Source: Octopus bimaculoides
Lineage: Eukaryota
Direction of reading: 5' to 3'
Assembly (NCBI RefSeq): GCF_001194135.2
Contig: NC_069004.1
Location: forward strand, 34,702,370-34,736,582
Length of the DNA stretch: 34,213 bases
Shown: positions 34,148 to 34,213 of the stretch, piece by piece
How positions within the stretch are numbered: position 1 is the stretch's first letter
Layout of the letters: the number at the start of each line of letters is the position of its first letter
Position numbers and translations under genes: made by a program
The notes under the pieces: generated by a model
Seen by the model: only the letters and a program-made list of their open reading frames with translations
Database searches by the model: none
What the model was told of the DNA's origin: nothing

Positions 34148-34213
<66 letters not shown>
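34148..34213 (+). repeat. (CA)n microsatellite to the window end
   Basis: Read directly. Confidence 0.95.

Overview
Eukaryotic, repeat-saturated and mostly non-coding DNA from a gapped draft assembly, with 17 N-gaps totalling about 5.3 kb (about 15%). The dispersed repeats match, from memory rather than a database search, the abundant tRNA-derived SINEs of octopus (coleoid cephalopod) genomes. The window holds four recurrent short interspersed families (my labels A-D), dense (CA)n/(TA)n/(GA)n/triplet microsatellites and one 22-bp minisatellite. No protein-coding gene can be named. Nearly all ORFs in the track are microsatellite translations or run through N-gaps; a few weak minus-strand exon candidates are listed. 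The most interesting signals are: (1) the 3' half of a minimal Penelope-type hammerhead ribozyme core at 26280-26297, whose 5' half is predicted to lie in the adjacent gap; (2) a 58-nt pre-miRNA-like hairpin at 24794-24851; (3) a nested multi-stem fold-back at 4130-4230; (4) an AP-1-bearing 22-bp minisatellite; (5) closely spaced inverted SINE pairs that could be ADAR substrates; (6) a 3' stem-loop shared by two repeat families. No CRISPR, rRNA or true tRNA genes, and no prokaryotic system, were found.
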